From the NCBI GenBank assembly GCA_030668875.1, contig DAOVER010000014.1, forward strand, positions 37,911-69,910: a stretch of 32,000 nt of DNA, read 5' to 3'. Source of the DNA: Candidatus Heimdallarchaeota archaeon (GTDB lineage: Archaea > Asgardarchaeota > Heimdallarchaeia > Heimdallarchaeales > Heimdallarchaeaceae). How positions within the stretch are numbered: position 1 is the first letter of the stretch; each line of letters starts with the position of its first letter. The translations under genes were made by a program, and so were the position numbers. The notes beneath the pieces were generated by a model. It was not told the DNA's origin. It did no database searches and saw only the letters and a program-made list of their open reading frames with translations. Positions 27,439-32,000 of the stretch are shown one piece after another.

Positions 27439-27955
27439 GGACAAACAAGAAAAAAGGACTTACATAATTGATTCTACTGCAATTATGCATTTTTTTCCAA
27501 ACGACAAAGTTGCAAATGAGGATTCTTATCTTATCATCCCTGATATTCTCAGATCTGAAATAAAATCCTTTCAAGCTAAAGCAGTATTGGAAGTAATGGG
27601 TGATGATCAACGCCTTATTTATACATCACCTTCAGAACACTCGTTAAACACTGTAAAAGAAAAAGCAAAATCATCAGGAGACATTTCCTCTTTATCGGAA
27701 GCAGATATCCATGTTGTTGCTACCGCACTTGATTTTCCTGGTTCCCATGTTATAAGTGATGATAGCGCTGTTCAGAACCTATGTTCTTTCCTAGGAATAC
27801 AAATTGAAACATTCTCCTTTAAAATTAAAACTAGACGGGTTTATTTCTGGAAGTGTATAGGTTGTAGTAACAAATTCAAAGAAAAAATTGTTGTGTGTCC
27901 TGAGTGTGGCAATAAATTAAAACGATTTTATAAGAAAAAGAAAATCAAGGGCTGA
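27431..27955 (+). CDS. nob1: Nob1-like PIN endonuclease with Zn ribbon (SSU rRNA 3' maturation)
   Basis: PIN motifs IIDSTA, EIK, LSEADIHVVATA and SDDSAVQN, followed by CIGC...CPECG. Confidence 0.92.
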   Translation: MSKDKQEKRTYIIDSTAIMHFFPNDKVANEDSYLIIPDILRSEIKSFQAKAVLEVMGDDQRLIYTSPSEHSLNTVKEKAKSSGDISSLSEADIHVVATALDFPGSHVISDDSAVQNLCSFLGIQIETFSFKIKTRRVYFWKCIGCSNKFKEKIVVCPECGNKLKRFYKKKKIKG

Positions 27956-27975
27956 TATCTTGAAAATTAGTCTCT

Positions 27976-29088
27976 CTAAAGTATAGATTCTAATATTTCT
28001 ACAATTGCCATAATCAACTTATCGTTGATTTCTGAATCGCCTAGAGTTACTAAAAAGGATTTTTCGCTATCTTTGAATGGTGGGTATTTCTCGAATGTTT
28101 GAATAATTATTCCTTTACTACATAGTTGTTCATATAACTCCTTAACGTCTTTCTTAAATTGAATTAAGAGGAAGTTTGTATCACTACTATGAACTTTAAG
28201 TCCATTTAACATGCGAAGATGTTCTATAACTCTTTTACGTTCAGCTTTGAAATTATTAATTAGTTCAACAAACCTGTAGGGTGCTTGAAGAATATATTTG
28301 GTTGCTAATAGGTGAATTGGTGGTATTTCTTCTATAATATAGTTCTCCTTTAGAACCTCAATGCTTTTTGCATTTGAAACTAGAAAGGCAGAAGAAAAGG
28401 CTCCTAATCCCCAAGCTTTAGAAAAAGATCTAACAACCGTTAAATTGTCGAAATTTCGCACTTGGTTTACTAATGAATATTTACCGAATTCAACATAGGA
28501 TTCATCTACTATTAGGGGAACCTCTGTCTCTCTAACCAATGCCAGAACATCTTCTCCCTTCAGCTGATTTGCAGTTGGATAATGAGGAGAAGAAAATACA
28601 ATTACTTTTGGATTTTCGCTTTTTATTTGTTCTAAGATGAGATTAATGTTAAGTTCATAATCCGATGTTAGTTCTGTTGTAAGAATGTTTAATTGTTGAT
28701 TTTTAGCAATTTGGTAATAGATGTCTTTATCAGGAATAATTAAAGAAACGGCATCCTTTGGTTTTGTGTTAACTCTAATCATTCTTTGAATTAATTGGTT
28801 ATGTGTTAGCCCAGGGTAGACAGAAGAGGTCTCAACACTTACAAATCTAGAAATCTCTTCAATTAGAGATAAGTAATCAATTGGGTATTGTTCTCTGGGG
28901 TCTATTGATTGAATCTCTTTAATTATGATTTTTTGAATTAAATTAGGTGGTATGAATAAATTATCACCAATACTTAAATCAAGTATCTGATCCAGTGATA
29001 GATTATATTTCTCTGCAACTTCTTGACGAGTTAATAATCGGTCTAGAGCATATTTTGTTTCTGAGATTCTATTAGACAGATGATTCAC
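27976..29088 (-). CDS. HisC-like fold-type I PLP aminotransferase homologue with a degenerate active site
   Basis: DESYVEF and VRSFSKAWGL (PLP lysine) are retained. SPHYPTA, GAFSSAF, GIIIQ and FLVTLG replace SPNNPTG, AGLRLGY, GILVR and LRITIG. Confidence 0.85.
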   Translation of the reverse strand: MNHLSNRISETKYALDRLLTRQEVAEKYNLSLDQILDLSIGDNLFIPPNLIQKIIIKEIQSIDPREQYPIDYLSLIEEISRFVSVETSSVYPGLTHNQLIQRMIRVNTKPKDAVSLIIPDKDIYYQIAKNQQLNILTTELTSDYELNINLILEQIKSENPKVIVFSSPHYPTANQLKGEDVLALVRETEVPLIVDESYVEFGKYSLVNQVRNFDNLTVVRSFSKAWGLGAFSSAFLVSNAKSIEVLKENYIIEEIPPIHLLATKYILQAPYRFVELINNFKAERKRVIEHLRMLNGLKVHSSDTNFLLIQFKKDVKELYEQLCSKGIIIQTFEKYPPFKDSEKSFLVTLGDSEINDKLIMAIVEILESIL

Positions 29089-29286
29089 CCATTTACGATG
29101 GAATTAGTACTGCATCAAGCTTGAATTAAAAAAACCTATTGGTTAGATGTACCTCTACATAAAATCATACATTTCTAACTCCTTTTTGAACTTCAGTTAC
29201 ACAAAAAACAAATAAAGGGGCAACACTAAAAAGAAACAGTAAAAAGCAATAAGGAAAATTAACCTCTGCTAATAAGGGTGGAATTA

Positions 29287-30177
29287 ATGGTTCACAAATT
29301 TACAGTTGAGTTTCCGGAAAGAATATGGAAAGCAATAAAAGATAAGAAAGGGCAAGGCTCAATTAAGGACTTTCTAATCAAACTTATCGAAAAGGAACTA
29401 GAACTCAGAAAAATTAAAGCTTTCATTCTCGCAGGAGGAGAAGGGGCTAGGTTAAAACCTTTAACAGAGGCAATACCAAAAGCAATGATCCCTGTTGGAT
29501 ATAAACCTCTTCTCGAGTACAACTTGGAGCTAATATCAAATAGTGGGATAACCGATGTTGTACTTCTAATTGGAAAACTGGGAGATAGAATAATGAAACA
29601 TTTCGGGCAAAATTGGAATGGACTAGACATAAGTTATGTAAGCGAATCTACTATGCTGGATACTGCTGGTGCAATCCATAATGCAAAAAATTTAGTCTCA
29701 GGAACTTTTCTTGTTATGAATTCCGATATTCTCACAGATGTCAACTTATCACATATTATTGATTTTCATAAGAATCAAAGAAGAGAAAATATCGCTACTA
29801 TGTGTGGAGTGGGTGTTAATGATTATTATCAACTGATGGGAAAAACTAGTGATAAAGGAATCTTTGCAGATTATGGTGTGTTCTATATGAATGACCAAAA
29901 AAATAATAGAATCACCAAATTTGAGGAATCACCAACCAAAGCCCAGCAAAGTGGTTATATTAATACAGGAATATATGTTTTTGAGCCTGATATAATGGAT
30001 TATTTGGTCGATTCTGAAGGAAAATCCATTTCAAGTGATATTATCCCTGCTCTAATTAAAGATAGAAAATTACAAGGATATATATGCCCAAAAAACGTTT
30101 TCTGGATTGATGTAGCTCATCCAGAACGTTGGAGCAAAGCTTGGGATGTCCTATTTTCTGGAGCTATGGAAGTTTAA
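29287..30177 (+). CDS. Sugar-phosphate nucleotidyltransferase with an N-terminal ribbon-helix-helix-like extension
   Basis: ILAGGEGARLKPLTEAIPKAMIPVG, TAGAI, MNSDILTD, INTGIYVF and WIDV motifs, preceded by HKFTVEFPERIWKAIKDKKGQGSIKDFLIKLIEKEL. No left-handed beta-helix tail. Confidence 0.88.
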   Translation: MVHKFTVEFPERIWKAIKDKKGQGSIKDFLIKLIEKELELRKIKAFILAGGEGARLKPLTEAIPKAMIPVGYKPLLEYNLELISNSGITDVVLLIGKLGDRIMKHFGQNWNGLDISYVSESTMLDTAGAIHNAKNLVSGTFLVMNSDILTDVNLSHIIDFHKNQRRENIATMCGVGVNDYYQLMGKTSDKGIFADYGVFYMNDQKNNRITKFEESPTKAQQSGYINTGIYVFEPDIMDYLVDSEGKSISSDIIPALIKDRKLQGYICPKNVFWIDVAHPERWSKAWDVLFSGAMEV

Positions 30178-30303
30178 CTACAACATATTATCGTTATGTA
30201 TTTTCACATATTTTTTGTTATCTGAAAAATTATTCTCAAAAGTAAAAATATTTAATAGTTTAAGTTTTGAAACAGCAACAAGCAGATATACTGGTGACAA
30301 TCA

Positions 30304-30606
30304 ATGGATTTGAACAGAAGCATAAGAATAGCTGTAGACACTGGAAAAGTTTCCTATGGTGTAGACTCAGCTAAGAACGCTCTATTAAATAAACAAGCTA
30401 AATTAGTTATAATCGCGAAGAACATTCCCGATGATTTAAGAAAGGATGTTACAAGATATGCATCTTTATCTGAAGTACCCATACTCGAATATTCTGGTTC
30501 TTCACTTGATCTTGGAGGAATATGTGGAAGACCGCATTTTGTTGCAGCAATGACAATATTCGAATTGGGTGACAGCGATATTCTAAAAGCAGTTGAGAAA
30601 AAATAG
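30304..30606 (+). CDS. rpl30e: 50S ribosomal protein eL30
   Basis: AVDTGKVSYG, KLVIIAKN and LGGICGRPHFV---I-ELGDSDIL motifs. Confidence 0.97.
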   Translation: MDLNRSIRIAVDTGKVSYGVDSAKNALLNKQAKLVIIAKNIPDDLRKDVTRYASLSEVPILEYSGSSLDLGGICGRPHFVAAMTIFELGDSDILKAVEKK

Positions 30607-30817
30607 TAAAAGGTGAATTTATTTTTTCCTTTAAATTTTCTTTACTTATACATCTAAAACAATAGAACCTTCAATGTAGGCTTGGTAAAAGTCAAGATTC
30701 TACATATCTTTAAATAGTGTATAACAGAAAGAAAAAATAAGGGCCACTAATAAATTTATAAAGGCTAGTAAAACAATTCAAACTAGGTTAAACACAAAAT
30801 TAAGTTTCATAAAATGG

Positions 30818-31261
30818 ATGAATAACATGCCAGCAGTCAAACTATCTCAAACAGAAATGCAATTTATTACAATTTTCCAAGGAATTGTTAATGTAATGAT
30901 TAAAGACTGTCTAATTGACGAGGAAGATAACAAAGTTACTTTTGTAGTCTCTGAAGGACAAGCAGGTTTAGCTATTGGAAAGAGAGGAATCAATATTAAT
31001 AGACTAAAAGAATTAATCGCAAAAGATGTAGAAATAATCGAATATTCTTTGGACACTGCTAAATTTATACGAAACTGTTTCTTACCTATTGTTACTAGAA
31101 ATGTGACTCTCTTGGATCGAAAGAGTGGAAAGGTTGCGACAGTAGAGGTAGATAATAGAGATAAAGGTCGTGCAATAGGGAGAAATGGAAAAAACATAAA
31201 TAAAGTCAAAAACCTTGTTTTAAGACAATTTGACATAGTTGATGTAATGATCAAACAGTGA
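30818..31261 (+). CDS. nusA: Archaeal NusA (two KH domains)
   Basis: GLAIGKRGINI, DVEIIEYS and GRAIGRNGKNI motifs. Confidence 0.96.
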   Translation: MNNMPAVKLSQTEMQFITIFQGIVNVMIKDCLIDEEDNKVTFVVSEGQAGLAIGKRGININRLKELIAKDVEIIEYSLDTAKFIRNCFLPIVTRNVTLLDRKSGKVATVEVDNRDKGRAIGRNGKNINKVKNLVLRQFDIVDVMIKQ

Positions 31262-31360
31262 GAGAGAAAATTTTTTCACTCATGTCACTTAATATCTCTC
31301 ACCTTCAGATTTTCTAGTTTCAAGAAAAATTAAAATAAGAAGGATTCTAGGCTAGTTCAC

Positions 31361-31765
31361 ATGACCTCTTCTTCTGATGAAAAGAAATTAGCAGAATTAT
31401 TGGCTATAATTGGGAAAGAGAAGAATCTAACAGAAGTTTTGGAAAATGAAATACTATCTATTTTTGATTCAAGGGGAGAAAACGCTGTAAAAGTACTCAA
31501 AGAAAATAATTTGCAACAATTAATTTTAGATGAAAACATTAGTATTTGGGAAGTTAAAGGTAGAAGCAAAACTTACCTCGTAATAGAAAATAACTTCTGT
31601 GAATGCACCGATTTCCAATTTCGGGTGTTAAGAAAAGGACAAAAAACTTTGTGCTATCATCTTTTAGCCAAAATTATTGGAGAGAAACTTGAAGTTTACA
31701 AAAATAGGTATTTATCTGCTGACGAGTACGATCAAATATTGAAACAAAGAATAGAAAATAAATGA
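31361..31765 (+). CDS. SWIM zinc-finger protein
   Basis: VKGRSKTYLV...FCECTDF...LCYHLLA (CxC...CxH). Confidence 0.88.
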   Translation: MTSSSDEKKLAELLAIIGKEKNLTEVLENEILSIFDSRGENAVKVLKENNLQQLILDENISIWEVKGRSKTYLVIENNFCECTDFQFRVLRKGQKTLCYHLLAKIIGEKLEVYKNRYLSADEYDQILKQRIENK

Positions 31766-31853
31766 AGTTAGAAGTATTTATGATATGCTTTTGTCTTTTT
31801 GTCTTATTAGTGTGTAAATTGAGTAACATTTTAGTGATAGTACGGGTGTTTTT

Positions 31854-32000
31854 ATAGTGAACTCTGGGTTAACTATGGATGGCAAAGGTACTGCGTGCAG
31901 AACGTATAGAAGTGGAGTATCATCCGGCACTGAGCAGAGTTTGTCATCAAGCAAAAAATCTCTATAATCGCGCAAATTTTCTGATAAAAAGTGAATTGAA
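31854..32000 (+). mobile_element. Left part of an IS200/IS605-family (IS1341-like, tnpB-first) element; exact left end not determined
   Basis: Imperfect hairpin ATAGTGAAC-TCTGG-GTTAACTAT (31854-31876) just before tnpB. No room for tnpA between the SWIM gene and tnpB. Confidence 0.6.
31879..32000 (+). CDS. tnpB: TnpB RNA-guided endonuclease, N-terminus (partial, runs off the window end)
   Basis: MAKVLRAERIEVEYHPALSRVCHQAKNLYNRANFLIKSEL matches the IS200/IS605 TnpB N-terminal C-H-x-(S/A)-K-N-L-Y-N-x-A-N-(Y/F) motif. Not in the ORF track. Confidence 0.85.
   Translation, partial: MAKVLRAERIEVEYHPALSRVCHQAKNLYNRANFLIKSEL

Noticed and set aside
313-30000. Numerous 60-140 aa track ORFs antisense to or overlapping core genes (e.g. 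2415-2831, 5200-5433, 23826-24158, 29292-29630)
   Set aside because: They lie fully within well-supported genes in other frames or on the other strand and have no motifs of their own.
31778-31975. 65-aa minus-strand ORF from the track
   Set aside because: It is an antisense shadow of the tnpB start and its upstream region, with no recognisable motifs.
1-32000. CRISPR array, rRNA genes, cas genes
   Set aside because: No regularly spaced repeats, rRNA-like sequence or cas motifs were seen, and the intergenic gaps are too short to hold them.

Overview
AT-rich archaeal chromosomal window. An Asgard-type lineage is my inference from the PAC4-like gene, the broken operons and the TPR-like accessory gene; it is not proven. 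Most of the window is core information-processing and metabolic genes: the 3' end of rtcA, rpl3-rpl4-rpl23-rpl2, a PAC2 chaperone, a NOG1 GTPase, trpS, an ADP-dependent sugar kinase, an HD dNTPase, aIF5A, rps12, split rpoA1/rpoA2 (rpoA2 carries a 526-aa LAGLIDADG intein), folD, glyA, a UbiD-family enzyme, an NSUN6-like methyltransferase, NAD kinase, nob1, rpl30e and nusA. There are three tRNAs: Arg-CCG with a 15-nt intron, Ala-CGC and Leu-CAG. An accessory block at about 8.1-12.2 kb holds an REase-like protein, a 23-aa small ORF, a doubly disrupted TPR-like gene and a Panacea/wHTH-like ORF. Features missing from the ORF track include the rtcA tail, the small ORFs and a tnpB (IS200/IS605 family) starting at 31879. 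The best leads are the peptide plus TPR-like pair, a PSMG4/PAC4-like chaperone, an RHH-nucleotidyltransferase fusion facing a degenerate PLP aminotransferase, and the tnpB element. All homology calls come from motif recognition by eye; no searches were run.
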